From positions 3,104,001-3,168,000 of the forward strand of contig CBDCNP010000002.1 in NCBI GenBank assembly GCA_965219415.1: 64,000 nt of DNA, in the 5' to 3' direction. The number at the start of each line of letters is the position of its first letter. Positions within the stretch are counted from its first letter, which is position 1. The notes beneath the pieces are model-generated. The model worked only from the letters and a program-made list of their open reading frames with translations, had not been told where the DNA came from and ran no database searches. The position numbers and the translations under genes are program-made. Below are positions 52,036 through 62,595 of the stretch, in pieces. The DNA comes from Candidatus Marinacidobacterales bacterium (lineage in GTDB: Bacteria; Acidobacteriota; Vicinamibacteria; Marinacidobacterales; DATDRI01).

Positions 52036-52770
52036 CTATATCCCCCAGGCGCCGCTCACCTGGACATTCGCCCCATTGATATACCGGGCGTCGTCCGAGA
52101 GAAGATAACGGACCAAGCCCACCACGTCCCCAGGCTTACCGATGTATCCTGCCGGAATCTTCTTGGCCATGGACTCGAGCTCCTCGGGCGGGGCGCTTCC
52201 GGAGTCGATGAACCCGGGCGAGATCGCGTTGACGGTAATGCCGTGAGGGGCGAGCAGGCGCGCCAAAGACCGAGTGAAGATGAGCACCCCCACTTTGGAA
52301 ATGTAGTGCGCCGTCAGATGCGGTTGCGCTAGGAGGCGGTCGGCGTTGGCCATGCTGAAGCTGATAATCCGTCCCCACTTGCGCTCTTTCATGCCCGCGG
52401 CCACGGCACGACCGAGATAGAACAACGGGTGCAAGTTATTATCGAACATCGAGTGCCAGTCCTCGATACTCACTTCCAACAAGTTCTTTCGCTGGTACGG
52501 GCCGGCGCCGTTGACGAGCGCGTCGATGCGTCCCCATTCATGTTCGACCTGGCGCACGATACCCTCGGCGGCCGCAGGATCGGATACATCACATTGTGCT
52601 TCTAGCGCACGGCCTCCATTCTTTTCGATCTGCGCCTTGGTCTCCTCCGCTTCTTTCGCGCTGGTCCGGTAGCAGATCGCTACCGACCACCCCTGGGTGG
52701 CCAGGTCCAAGGCGACGGCCTGTCCGATTCCGCGCGCGCCACCAGTGATCAATGCAACTCGCTCGCTCAT
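52036..52770 (-). CDS. Short-chain dehydrogenase/reductase
   Basis: TGGARGIG, YISK (YxxxK-like) and VNAISPG. Confidence 0.9.
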   Translation of the reverse strand: MSERVALITGGARGIGQAVALDLATQGWSVAICYRTSAKEAEETKAQIEKNGGRALEAQCDVSDPAAAEGIVRQVEHEWGRIDALVNGAGPYQRKNLLEVSIEDWHSMFDNNLHPLFYLGRAVAAGMKERKWGRIISFSMANADRLLAQPHLTAHYISKVGVLIFTRSLARLLAPHGITVNAISPGFIDSGSAPPEELESMAKKIPAGYIGKPGDVVGLVRYLLSDDARYINGANVQVSGAWGI

Positions 52771-52825
52771 GGCCGGAGTTTAACATCCCGACGTCGTCTT
52801 GCGCGGGGTGGGGTGAGGCGTCACA

Positions 52826-55800
52826 ATGTGCCCTCCTGTGAACGAAAAACGACGATTCTCTAAGGTCATGGCGGCTAACCGCGGGGAGATCGCCATCCGC
52901 ATCTTCCGCGCGTGTACGGAGCTCGGGATCCGAACGCTCGCCATCTACGCTCACGCCGATCAACTCTCCATTCATCGCTATAAAGCGGACGAGGCATTTC
53001 CCGTCGGTTCGCCCGACCAGCCGGTAGGGGCCTACCTGGATCAGGAGGCCATTCTCGATATTGCCCTCGCCCATGAAGTGGACGCGATCCATCCCGGATA
53101 CGGTTTTCTGGCGGAGAATGCGGAGTTCGCCGGCCGATGTGCCGATGCCAGAGTCGTTTTCATCGGACCGCGGCCGGAGGTCTTGGAGGCTTTCGGTAGC
53201 AAGACCTCGGCACGCCGGCTCGCCAAGGAGGCCGGGGTTCAGGTTGTGCCGGGAACCGAAGAGCCCTTGACCTCGACCGAGCAGGTGCGAGCCTTCGCCT
53301 CGGAGCACGGCTACCCCATTCTTCTCAAAGCATCTTTCGGCGGAGGCGGTCGAGGGATGCGCATCGTGCGCTCGAACGAAGAGGTGGATCAGGCTTTCGA
53401 GCAGGCGCGCAGCGAGGCGAAGGCGGCTTTCGGTCGCGAGGACGTTTACTGCGAGAAGCTTCTCGAGCAAGTGAAACACATCGAGGTCCAGGTCCTCGCC
53501 GACGAGCACGGCCAGTGCGTCCACTTGTTCGAACGCGACTGTTCCGTGCAGCGCCGCCACCAGAAAGTCGTCGAGTTCGCACCTGCGATTTCTATCGGCG
53601 ACCAGGTGCGCTCGGAGCTCTACCAGGCGGCACTTCGCATCGCCACCACCGCGGGCTACAACAATGCGGGCACGGTCGAATTCCTCGTCGACGACCAAGG
53701 CTACTATTTCATCGAGGTCAATCCACGGATCCAGGTCGAGCACACCGTGACCGAGTGCATCACCGGACGCGACCTCGTTCAAGCGCAGATTCGAGTCGCT
53801 GAGGGTTTTCGATTGCGAGACCCCGAGATAGGGATCTCGAGTCAGGCTGCCATCACGAAGAACGGCTACGCGGTGCAATGCCGGCTCACCGCCGAGGATC
53901 CGCAGGCGGAGTTTGCACCGAGCACCGGGAAGATCCGCGCCTATCGCGCCGCGGAAGGTTTTGGTATTCGGCTCGACGACGGGACCGCCGGAGCGGGTAC
54001 GATCATTTCGAGCTACTACGACAGCCTCATCGTCAAGGTAACCGCCACCGCTCTCGACTTCAAAGGCGCGCGTGCCAAGTTGCTACGTTCTCTTCGCGAA
54101 TTTCGGATTCGGGGAGTCAAGACCAACACACGATTCTTGGAAAACGTGATTTCTCACCCTCGATTCGTCATTGGAGATGTAGACACCCGGTTCATCGATG
54201 AAACGCCGGAGCTCTTCGAGTTTCCGCCGGGGCGTGACCGGGGCACCAAGCTCTTGAGAGCGCTCGCGGACGCGGTTGTGAATGGACCGCCAGGTGCGAA
54301 AGGCCCTCTGAAACGACCGACACCTCTCTTTCTCCCTCAAGTGCCGGTGCTCGAACCCGACCAGTTGCGGAAGGCGCCCGAAGACGGAGAGGCGATGGCT
54401 GCCTTTCGAGACAAGGGTCCGGAAGGCTTGGCGAGCTGGCTTCGAGAGGAATCGCGTCTCTGGGTAACCGACACCACGTTTCGAGACGCGCATCAGTCGC
54501 TCCTATCGACCCGTGTTCGCACTGCGGATATGGAAGCCATCGCGCCGGTTACCGCCCGCATCGCGAGCAATCTCTTTAGTGTCGAAATGTGGGGAGGGGC
54601 GACCTTCGACGTCGCCTATCGTTTCCTGAACGAAGACCCTTGGGAGCGACTAAGCCGTTTGCGGACGGCGATGCCCAACATGCTTTTCCAAATGCTGCTC
54701 CGGGGCGCGAACGCCGTCGGCTACACGAACTATCCCGATAGCGTCATCCGACGCTTCGTTCACTGTGCCGCCGAGGCGGGGATCGATATCTTCCGCATCT
54801 TCGATGCACTCAACTGGGTCCCGAATATGACGTTGGCCATCGAAGAGGTGGCGAAAGCGGGCAAGGTAGCCGAAGCCGCTATCTGTTACACCGGCGACAT
54901 CTCCGATCCGAGTCGCAAGAAATACGATCTTGACTACTACGTGGGCCTTGCCAAAGAACTTACCGAGCGCGGAGCGCACATACTCGCCATCAAAGACATG
55001 GCGGGACTTCTCAAACCCGCGGCGGCGCGCCGGCTCATCCCCGCCCTTCGCGAGGAGACCGGGCTTCCTGTCCATCTCCACACCCACGATACGAGTGGCA
55101 ACGGTGTCGCGACCTATCTCATGGCGAGCGAAGCCGGTGTCGATGCTATCGATTGCGCCCTCGCGAGCATGTCGGGACTCACCAGCCAGCCGTCCTTGAA
55201 CGCCGTTTGCTCTGCCCTCGCCACCAATGAGAGGCGGCCGGCTCTCGATCCGGACGCGATGAATCGACTCGACCTCTATTGGGAACGGGTCCGCAACCTC
55301 TATTACTGCTTCGAGTCCGGTCTCAAGGCTAGCACCGCGGAGGTCTACCATCATGAAATTCCCGGTGGCCAGTACTCGAACCTGCTTCGGCGCGCCGACC
55401 AGCTCGGTCTCGGCGAGCGCTGGGGAGAGCTCAAAGAGAAGTACTGTGAGGTCAATCTCCTCCTCGGCGACATTATTAAGGTAACGCCGACGTCGAAGGT
55501 GGTGGCCGACTTCGCGATGTTTCTGGTTCAGAACGAGCTGACCGCGGAGGAAGCCATATCCCAGGCCAGCCGCTTGGATTTTCCTCAATCGGTAGTGGAC
55601 TTCCTCGCCGGCAGCCTTGGCCAGCCCTATGGCGGGTTCCCGGAGCGCGTGCAGAAAGCAATCCTGAAGGGGCGCCCGGCGATCACCGATCGCGCCGGCG
55701 AGCACTTGGAGCCCCACGATTTCGATGCCGCGAAGAAGCGACTACAAGAGCGGTTGGGGCGTGAGCCGACCGAAAAAGCGCTCTTGAGCGATGCGCTCTA

Positions 55801-56305
55801 CCCAAACGTGTTCGAAGATTACCTAAAGCACAACGACACGTTTGGCGATCCGTCCATTCTTCCGACTCCCGCCTTCCTCTACGGGCTGCAAGTGGGTGAA
55901 GAGGTCAGCGTGGACATCGAGCGGGGAAAGACCTTGATCGTCAAGCTCGTTGCGATCGGAGGCTCGACCGCCGACGGACGCCGCATGGTGTACTTCGAGC
56001 TCAACGGTCAGCCCCGTGAAGTCGTTGTGCGCGACCTGAGCGTGGCGATCTCCGAAGAGGCTGCGCCGATGGCCGATCCCTCGGATCCGCTCGACGTCGG
56101 TGCCAGCATGCCCGGCAAGGTGCTTCGTGTCCTCTGCAAGGTTGGAGATGCGGTCGAGCTCGGTGATGGTCTGCTGGTCCTCGAAGCCATGAAGATGGAG
56201 ACGTCGGTCACCGCCCCCAACGCGGGTATCGTCGAACGCATCGATGTGGAGATCGGTGAGGATACGAAGGCCGGTCAGAGGGTAGCCCGGCTGCGCACCG
56301 ACTAA
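52826..56305 (+). CDS. pyc: Pyruvate carboxylase
   Basis: ANRGEIAIR, RDCSVQRRHQK, DTTFRDAHQSL, HLHTHDT, HEIPGGQYSNL and the biotin site EAMKME. Confidence 0.97.
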   Translation: MCPPVNEKRRFSKVMAANRGEIAIRIFRACTELGIRTLAIYAHADQLSIHRYKADEAFPVGSPDQPVGAYLDQEAILDIALAHEVDAIHPGYGFLAENAEFAGRCADARVVFIGPRPEVLEAFGSKTSARRLAKEAGVQVVPGTEEPLTSTEQVRAFASEHGYPILLKASFGGGGRGMRIVRSNEEVDQAFEQARSEAKAAFGREDVYCEKLLEQVKHIEVQVLADEHGQCVHLFERDCSVQRRHQKVVEFAPAISIGDQVRSELYQAALRIATTAGYNNAGTVEFLVDDQGYYFIEVNPRIQVEHTVTECITGRDLVQAQIRVAEGFRLRDPEIGISSQAAITKNGYAVQCRLTAEDPQAEFAPSTGKIRAYRAAEGFGIRLDDGTAGAGTIISSYYDSLIVKVTATALDFKGARAKLLRSLREFRIRGVKTNTRFLENVISHPRFVIGDVDTRFIDETPELFEFPPGRDRGTKLLRALADAVVNGPPGAKGPLKRPTPLFLPQVPVLEPDQLRKAPEDGEAMAAFRDKGPEGLASWLREESRLWVTDTTFRDAHQSLLSTRVRTADMEAIAPVTARIASNLFSVEMWGGATFDVAYRFLNEDPWERLSRLRTAMPNMLFQMLLRGANAVGYTNYPDSVIRRFVHCAAEAGIDIFRIFDALNWVPNMTLAIEEVAKAGKVAEAAICYTGDISDPSRKKYDLDYYVGLAKELTERGAHILAIKDMAGLLKPAAARRLIPALREETGLPVHLHTHDTSGNGVATYLMASEAGVDAIDCALASMSGLTSQPSLNAVCSALATNERRPALDPDAMNRLDLYWERVRNLYYCFESGLKASTAEVYHHEIPGGQYSNLLRRADQLGLGERWGELKEKYCEVNLLLGDIIKVTPTSKVVADFAMFLVQNELTAEEAISQASRLDFPQSVVDFLAGSLGQPYGGFPERVQKAILKGRPAITDRAGEHLEPHDFDAAKKRLQERLGREPTEKALLSDALYPNVFEDYLKHNDTFGDPSILPTPAFLYGLQVGEEVSVDIERGKTLIVKLVAIGGSTADGRRMVYFELNGQPREVVVRDLSVAISEEAAPMADPSDPLDVGASMPGKVLRVLCKVGDAVELGDGLLVLEAMKMETSVTAPNAGIVERIDVEIGEDTKAGQRVARLRTD

Positions 56306-56307
56306 GA

Positions 56308-57729
56308 CTATTTTCGATAGTCGAGCGGCGGTTTTCGATCGCCTACCAGCGGTTCGTACTTGAAATCGGGCCCCTGAGCCTGCTGAAGCTCCCGCACCGC
56401 CTTCTCCACGATCGATGGATCTTCGAAAATATCGACTGCGGTCATCGCCAGCGTCTTCGCCGCGACCGCCATCCCTTTGAGACCGATGCTCGTCCCGCCT
56501 GAGGCGACGGCCTGCCAGCTGTGGGACGGTGTTCCGGGTACCCAAGTCGCTGCATAGAACTGCGCGTAGGGTACGACCCAGCTGACATCCGCAACGTCTG
56601 AGGAGGCGGACGCCATCGACGGTTTCCATGGCAGAACCTCTGACTGGGAGCCGATGGGTTTGGGCTTGGCAAGCGTCTTCTGTATTTTCTCCGCGAAGGC
56701 AGTCTCTTCTTCGGTGTAGACCACTCCCGCGGAGGCGCGCAGATTCTTGTCGAGGAGTCGGTGCACCGTCTCGTTCGGGTTCACCGCGTAGATGCCGTGG
56801 ATGATCTCGTACTCCATGCGGGTGCCTGTACCGAGGGCCGCTCCCTCGGCAGCCTGGTGAACCCTTTCCCAAATCCCCCGCAAAGCTTCTATATCGGGAT
56901 GACGTGTGTAGTAATAGACCTCAGCGAAATCAGGCACGACATTCGGTGCCTCGCCGCCACGAGTGATGATGTAGTGAATGCGGGCCGTCGAGTCGACGTG
57001 CTCGCGCATCAGATTGATCATGTAGTTCATCGATTCGACGGCATCGAGGGCCGATCGGCCTTGTTCGGGAGCCCCCGCGGCGTGAGCCGAGCGGCCATAG
57101 AATCGGAACTTGGTGGAGATATTGGCGAGCGAGGTGACGGGGCTGGCATCGTTACGATCTCCGGCGTGCCAGGCAATGGAGATGTCGACGTCTTCGAAGA
57201 GTCCTTCACGGACCATGTAGACCTTGCCCGCTCCACCTTCTTCTGCCGGTGTGCCGTAGAGTCGGATGGTCCCGCTAGTACCGGACTTCTGTAGCCACTC
57301 TTTGACTGCGATAGCAGCGGCCGTCGAAGCGGTTCCGAAGAGATGATGTCCACACGCATGCCCGGCCTGGCCGGCGGCGGCCTTCCGCTCGGTGGTCACC
57401 TGTTGCGACAGACCCGGCAGGGCATCGTACTCGGCCAAGATCGCGATCACCGGTTTCCCATCACCCCAGCTCGCGGTGAAGGCGGTGGGCATGCCGGCGA
57501 CGCCCGCCTGCACGTCGAAGCCGGCGGCCTGAAGCTGTGATTGCAGAAGCGCAGAGGATTTCTCCTCTTGGTAGCCGACTTCTGCGAACTCCCAAATGTT
57601 CATCGCCACTTTCGCGAAATCGCCTTGACTACCGTCGAGGAAGCTCGTGACTTGATCCTTGGCTTCCTCGGCCCCGGCTTGTCCGGAGAGGACGATCGTC
57701 AAGAGAGTAACTATTGTTCTGGTTGTCAT
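56308..57729 (-). CDS. M20 amidohydrolase (AbgB-like p-aminobenzoyl-glutamate hydrolase)
   Basis: EYDALPGLSQ, GHACGHHLFG, GTPAEEGG.GKV, GRSALDAVE and HSWQ. Confidence 0.88.
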   Translation of the reverse strand: MTTRTIVTLLTIVLSGQAGAEEAKDQVTSFLDGSQGDFAKVAMNIWEFAEVGYQEEKSSALLQSQLQAAGFDVQAGVAGMPTAFTASWGDGKPVIAILAEYDALPGLSQQVTTERKAAAGQAGHACGHHLFGTASTAAAIAVKEWLQKSGTSGTIRLYGTPAEEGGAGKVYMVREGLFEDVDISIAWHAGDRNDASPVTSLANISTKFRFYGRSAHAAGAPEQGRSALDAVESMNYMINLMREHVDSTARIHYIITRGGEAPNVVPDFAEVYYYTRHPDIEALRGIWERVHQAAEGAALGTGTRMEYEIIHGIYAVNPNETVHRLLDKNLRASAGVVYTEEETAFAEKIQKTLAKPKPIGSQSEVLPWKPSMASASSDVADVSWVVPYAQFYAATWVPGTPSHSWQAVASGGTSIGLKGMAVAAKTLAMTAVDIFEDPSIVEKAVRELQQAQGPDFKYEPLVGDRKPPLDYRK

Positions 57730-59045
57730 TTTTGTCTCCTTGAAAGCACATGCCAGAGAAGCCCGCCGCCGAGCAGTGCGAGCCCCGAAAGCCACACCGA
57801 CCGATCCACCCAGAAAGCGAGGAAAAGACACGCGGCAAGACCACCCCAAGCGAATGCTCGTGGGTAGAGGCGTTCACTCGGCGGAAGCGCCAGCGCCGAG
57901 GCATTCGTGATCGCGTAGTAAATCAGAACGGTGAACGCACTGAAAGACCAAGTGGTTTTGACGTCTCCGATGGCAACGAGACCAGTAATGATGAGACCGA
58001 CCACAGCCACCGCGAAATAGGGCGTCGTTCGAGACTCGTTCAGGGTAGCGACCGCTTGTGGCATGTCCCCCCGACGGCCCATGGCGAGGAGAACACGTGA
58101 GAGTCCGAGTATGAGATTCAAGAGAACGCCGAGCATGGCGGTCATGGCCCCGATGGCAACGATGAGAGGCAGGCCGGGCACACGGAAACTCTCGGCAACG
58201 ATCTCGAGTGGCGCCGCCTTGCCGATGGTGGCGGCCGCCAACGCCTCGGCTCCCCCGGCTCCTACCGCGACGATTCCCACCGCTACATAGAGCGCAGCCG
58301 ATAGGACGAGCGTGATGACGATGGCGCGCGGGATAGTGCGACGAGGGTTGCGCACTTCCTCTCCCAGCGTCGCGATGCGCCCATATCCAGTGAACGCCAC
58401 GAACATGAGAGCGGAGGCTTCGAGAAAACCGGGCCACCCGGCTAGCGTGTCTCGCGGGAGGAAGGGCAGAAGATTCTCGGTTCCGGTGCGCATCAGATGC
58501 ACGACTCCGATTAGAACGAAAAGACCAAGCGCGAACCATGTCAGCGAGGCAATGAGAATATTCGTCCAGTTCGCTCGCCGGATTCCCGTGAGAACGATCG
58601 CAGTCAAGACCAGCGTCGTCACTGCCGCGATGAGAACGAGCGATCCACCGCTGTCCGCCCCGAGTGCATGGAGAAGATAGCCTGAAAAGCCGAGCGCCGC
58701 GGTAGCGGCGGAGGCAGACTTGGCGCAAAGAAACATCCACCCCGCGGAAAACCCGAGCCACGGTTTCAGGAAGCGATAGCCGTACTCGTAGGTCCCGCCA
58801 CTGACCGGATGACTGGCCGCTAGCTGAGCGCTCGAAAGCGCGTTACAGGTTGCGACCAGGGCAGCCAAAGGGATCGCCAGAATGACGGAACCGCCGCTCA
58901 CACCGGCGGCAATGCCGATACTGACGAAGACCCCGGTGCCCACGATGGAGCCGAGCCCCATCATCACCGCCGAGGCGACCCCGAGCTCTCGATGTAGCTG
59001 TCCGGATTTCGCGTCCGCCATTTCGGCTGCCATCTCGTCTGCCAT
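57726..59045 (-). CDS. APC-family amino acid permease
   Basis: GLGSIVGTGVF, P.SGGTYEYG and FVAFTGYGRIATLGEEV.NP.RTIPRA. Confidence 0.9.
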   Translation of the reverse strand: MADEMAAEMADAKSGQLHRELGVASAVMMGLGSIVGTGVFVSIGIAAGVSGGSVILAIPLAALVATCNALSSAQLAASHPVSGGTYEYGYRFLKPWLGFSAGWMFLCAKSASAATAALGFSGYLLHALGADSGGSLVLIAAVTTLVLTAIVLTGIRRANWTNILIASLTWFALGLFVLIGVVHLMRTGTENLLPFLPRDTLAGWPGFLEASALMFVAFTGYGRIATLGEEVRNPRRTIPRAIVITLVLSAALYVAVGIVAVGAGGAEALAAATIGKAAPLEIVAESFRVPGLPLIVAIGAMTAMLGVLLNLILGLSRVLLAMGRRGDMPQAVATLNESRTTPYFAVAVVGLIITGLVAIGDVKTTWSFSAFTVLIYYAITNASALALPPSERLYPRAFAWGGLAACLFLAFWVDRSVWLSGLALLGGGLLWHVLSRRQK

Positions 59046-59129
59046 TTCGTTTCGATACTTCAACAAACGTTTCGCGTCCGCAAGTGCTCCGTTTGTGAAA
59101 TGGCGAGATGAATGGTAGACGAGTGGGCC

Positions 59130-61094
59130 ATGGAGACCAAACCGGGCTTGCCGCCCGAAGCGTACGAAGAGATCCCCGGCGATCAGTATCCGCCGTACGT
59201 TCCCCCGAGCCAGTCGCCGCCCGAGTTCACGGTCCGGTCAATGGTTCTCGGTGCGCTCTTCGGAATTCTTTTCGGTGCCGCGAACACCTATCTCGGACTC
59301 CGCGTGGGACTCACTATCTCGACGTCGATCCCGGTGGCGGTGATGACGGTCCTCGCCTTCGCCGTGCTTCCCAAGAGGGCCGACAAGCAGACCAGCATCC
59401 TCGAAGCGAACATGAGCCAGACCATCGGCTCCGCGTCGTCCTCTCTGGCTTCGGGGCTCATCTTCACCATCCCGGCGCTTTTTCTTTGGGGGATCGTCCC
59501 CGGCCTTCCCAAGATGACGGTGATCGCCCTTGCCGGTGGACTTCTCGGCGTGCTCTTCATGGTGCCGTTGCGCCGGTACCTGATGCGCGGCGAGCACGGC
59601 AAGCTTCCGTACCCCGAGGGAACCGCGTGCGGAGAGGTGTTGGTGGCCAGCGAGATCGGGGGCGCGAAAGCGAGAGAAGTATTTCTCGGCCTCGGGATCG
59701 GCGCCGTCTATCGTCTGTTGCAGGGGGCCTTGAGACTTTGGCACGGAGAGCTCTCGTTGAGGTTGCCCCTTTTACCCAAGGCCGAGGTCGCCCTCGAAAC
59801 GTCTCCCGCACTTCTCGGTGTCGGGTTCATCCTTGGGCCGCGCATCGCCAACGTGATGGTAGGAGGCTCCATACTCTCTTGGGTCATTCTGATCCCTGCC
59901 ATTGCGTGGATCGGTAACGATTGGACCACGCCCCTCTACCCCGAGTCGGAAGCTCTCGTGCGCGACATGTCGCCATCGACGCTTTGGACCCGTTACATTC
60001 GATACGTGGGGGCAGGCGCAGTGGCGATGGGCGGCATCATTACATTAGTGCGCGCCGTACCCACGATGGTGTCCGCCTTCAAGGTGGGCTTCGAACAACT
60101 TCGCCGACGCGTGTCCTCGACAACCGGCGACGACACGGAACGTACCGACCGCGATCTTTCGATGAAGTGGGTCATCCTCGGGGTCACGACCGTGATTCTC
60201 TTCCTCGCGCTAGTCCCGCACGTTCTCGGGTTTCTCGAGAGTGCCGGATTGAGACTGGTCGCCGCTGCGATGGTGGCTATCTTCGCGTTCTTCTTCGTGA
60301 CCGTTTCCTCCCGCATCGTGGGCTTGGTCGGCGTGACCAGCAACCCGACTTCCGGAATGACCATCGCGACGCTCCTCGGCACGAGTGGGCTCTTTCTCGC
60401 TTTCGGCTGGACCGACCTACAGGGTCAGGCGGCTGCCCTCACCGTCGGAACCGTCGTCGCCGTAGCGGCTTCGATCGCCGGCGATACGAGCCAGGACCTC
60501 AAAACTGGATTTCTACTGGGCGCCACGCCCGCGCGTCAACAAAAAGGCGAGCTCATCGGAGTTCTCACTTGCGCCTTCTTCGTGGCTCTTACGTTGACCG
60601 TTCTGTCCGAGGCCTATGGCTTCGGCACACGCGAACTTCCCGCTCCGCAGGCCAACATGATGAAGATCGTCATCGAGGGCGTGCTCGGTCAGGATCTTCC
60701 GTGGCTCTTGGTGGGTATCGGCGCGGTCATCGCGATCCTCGCCGAGCTCGCCGGCCTTCCGTCGCTCGCGTTCGCCGTGGGCATCTACTTGCCGCTCGCA
60801 ACCATGTCGCCCGTCTTCGTGGGTGGGCTCCTTCGTTGGATGTCGGAGAAAAGAGCTCGCGACGAGAGCGATCGCCGAGAACGGAGAGAGCGAGGGATCT
60901 TGTTCGGTTCCGGCCTCGTGGGCGGAGAAGGGTTGTTGGGGGTCGGCATTGCTGCGTACGCCGTCTTGACGACCCGCGCACCAGCAGGCATCGGCTCCGA
61001 CTGGGCGGGAGCACTCGCTCCTTGGGTGCCCATCCTGCCGTTTGGTTTTCTTGTTTGGATGTTGTGGCGCGCCGCTCAGGCTCGTTCGTCATGA
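59130..61094 (+). CDS. OPT-family oligopeptide transporter
   Basis: YLGLRVGLTISTSIP, LPYPEGTAC, SNPTSGMTIAT, DTSQDLKTG.LLGATP and PAPQA. Confidence 0.93.
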   Translation: METKPGLPPEAYEEIPGDQYPPYVPPSQSPPEFTVRSMVLGALFGILFGAANTYLGLRVGLTISTSIPVAVMTVLAFAVLPKRADKQTSILEANMSQTIGSASSSLASGLIFTIPALFLWGIVPGLPKMTVIALAGGLLGVLFMVPLRRYLMRGEHGKLPYPEGTACGEVLVASEIGGAKAREVFLGLGIGAVYRLLQGALRLWHGELSLRLPLLPKAEVALETSPALLGVGFILGPRIANVMVGGSILSWVILIPAIAWIGNDWTTPLYPESEALVRDMSPSTLWTRYIRYVGAGAVAMGGIITLVRAVPTMVSAFKVGFEQLRRRVSSTTGDDTERTDRDLSMKWVILGVTTVILFLALVPHVLGFLESAGLRLVAAAMVAIFAFFFVTVSSRIVGLVGVTSNPTSGMTIATLLGTSGLFLAFGWTDLQGQAAALTVGTVVAVAASIAGDTSQDLKTGFLLGATPARQQKGELIGVLTCAFFVALTLTVLSEAYGFGTRELPAPQANMMKIVIEGVLGQDLPWLLVGIGAVIAILAELAGLPSLAFAVGIYLPLATMSPVFVGGLLRWMSEKRARDESDRRERRERGILFGSGLVGGEGLLGVGIAAYAVLTTRAPAGIGSDWAGALAPWVPILPFGFLVWMLWRAAQARSS

Positions 61095-62173
61095 AGATAA
61101 CGAAAGTCAAAGCCATTGGGCTCGAATGTCCCATCGAGGGTTGGTTTCTCCCCACCCGGACCTATGTGCTGGTCGAGATCACAACCGATGAAGGCATCAC
61201 CGGCATCGGACAGTGTGGAACGGTGGGCCATCCCGAGATCGCGAGAATCGTAGACAAGCGAATCGCGCCGCTCTTGATAGGCGAAGACCCCTTCGACCGC
61301 CCTCGCATCTGGGCCAAGCTATGGGATGATCCGAGAGTCGTTCTTTCTTGGGGACACAAAGGCGCCGAGGCCTACGCGCTCAGCGGTATCGACATCGCGC
61401 TTTGGGACATCGAAGGGAAAGCCTGTGGGCAACCGATCCACAAACTCCTCGGCGCTTCACGCAGCAAGATCCGCGCGTACTCGAGTCACGGCGATCCGGA
61501 CAAAGTTGAACATTACAAGAGCCAAGGGTTCACCGCCTACAAGTTCGGCGAATGGCACGGTGAGCCCGGCGACTTGAAGCAAATTGATCGGATGGTAGCG
61601 AAGCTGAGACGGGCCATTGGAGACGAGGCAGCCCTCTTGTTCGACGGCTTCCAGCGATACGATCTGGCCAAGGCCGTAAGAGTCGCCAGAGTCTTGGAAG
61701 AGTACGATGCGTTCTTCTTCGAGGAGCCCGTCCTGTCCTACGACTTCGATAGCATGGCGGCGCTCGCCGGGCGGACCACCGTTCCTCTCGCGGCCGGTGA
61801 ACATCAGTTCACGGTTCGGGAGGCTTCCGATCTAATCCTGAAGGCAGGGATTCAGTACGTGCAACCCGAGATCACAGACTGTGGCGGCATCACCGAGGCC
61901 ATGAAGATCGCTGCCGTCGCCGAGTCGCGCGGTGTGAAGCTCTGTCCCCACTGCGGCGACAGCCCGGTGGATGTGGCGTCGATGCTCCAAGTCGTCGGTG
62001 CCGCACCGAATGCGATCTTCGGCGAATGGCAGGCGGCTCTCGATTATCCGATGCGCTGGGAGCTTCTAAAGGAACCCATCAAAGTAAGCTCCGACGGTTT
62101 CATCGACATACCCACCGGCCCGGGATTGGGCATCGAGCTCGATCCGAAAGTCGTCGAAAAGTACCGCTGGTAG
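61091..62173 (+). CDS. Mandelate racemase/muconate lactonizing enzyme (enolase superfamily)
   Basis: TDEGITGIG, SGIDIALWDI.GK, FFEEP, AAGE, GGITE and P.GPGLGIE. ATGA overlap with the OPT gene. Confidence 0.9.
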   Translation: MKITKVKAIGLECPIEGWFLPTRTYVLVEITTDEGITGIGQCGTVGHPEIARIVDKRIAPLLIGEDPFDRPRIWAKLWDDPRVVLSWGHKGAEAYALSGIDIALWDIEGKACGQPIHKLLGASRSKIRAYSSHGDPDKVEHYKSQGFTAYKFGEWHGEPGDLKQIDRMVAKLRRAIGDEAALLFDGFQRYDLAKAVRVARVLEEYDAFFFEEPVLSYDFDSMAALAGRTTVPLAAGEHQFTVREASDLILKAGIQYVQPEITDCGGITEAMKIAAVAESRGVKLCPHCGDSPVDVASMLQVVGAAPNAIFGEWQAALDYPMRWELLKEPIKVSSDGFIDIPTGPGLGIELDPKVVEKYRW

Positions 62174-62244
62174 AGTGTCATCCGGCCAGGGACGACTCCC
62201 CAGCTTTTTTCGTCTCTTTCCTAGAGGGCAGGGATTTGGTGAAC

Positions 62245-62265
62245 ATACGATATCTATCGTATAAT
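62245..62265 (+). promoter_or_regulatory. Palindromic operator overlapping the -10 box of a TA operon
   Basis: Perfect inverted repeat ATACGATA-TC-TATCGTAT, with TATAAT at 62260-62265. Confidence 0.65.
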
Positions 62266-62271
62266 AATCAT

Positions 62272-62589
62272 ATGCCCAAGAAAGCAATTTCTGTGACTCT
62301 ATCCCAGGAGAATCTCCTGTGGCTTCGGGCGCAAGCCGGCGCACGTGGCAAAAGGAGTGTCAGTGAGACCTTGGATCAACTACTGGAACAGGCAAGAACG
62401 GGGCAGACTGTGAAGTCGGCATCTCAGTCGGTTAGGGGTTTGATCCGCATCGCCCCTTCCGATCAAGAGCTTCGAGAGGCGGACCGTGAGATAAGGGCTC
62501 AATTCCGTCGCTCCCTCGAGTCGTTCGACACCGGGGCAGATGTGAGACGGCGACCGAGACGGCGACAGAAGACGAAAAGGAAAGGGTGA
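62272..62589 (+). CDS. Putative RHH-type antitoxin
   Basis: MPKKAISVTLSQENLLWL...SVSETLDQLL fits an RHH pattern; lies upstream of a PIN toxin. Confidence 0.7.
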   Translation: MPKKAISVTLSQENLLWLRAQAGARGKRSVSETLDQLLEQARTGQTVKSASQSVRGLIRIAPSDQELREADREIRAQFRRSLESFDTGADVRRRPRRRQKTKRKG

Positions 62590-62595
62590 GGCTTC

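Noticed and set aside
52589-55717. Long antisense ORFs (429 aa, 355 aa) opposite pyc, and similar shadows elsewhere
   Set aside because: These are typical high-GC antisense shadow ORFs with no motifs.
59921-61090. N-terminal 390 aa of the 750-aa ORF
   Set aside because: This is an off-frame overlap with the OPT gene; the real enzyme starts at ATG 61091.
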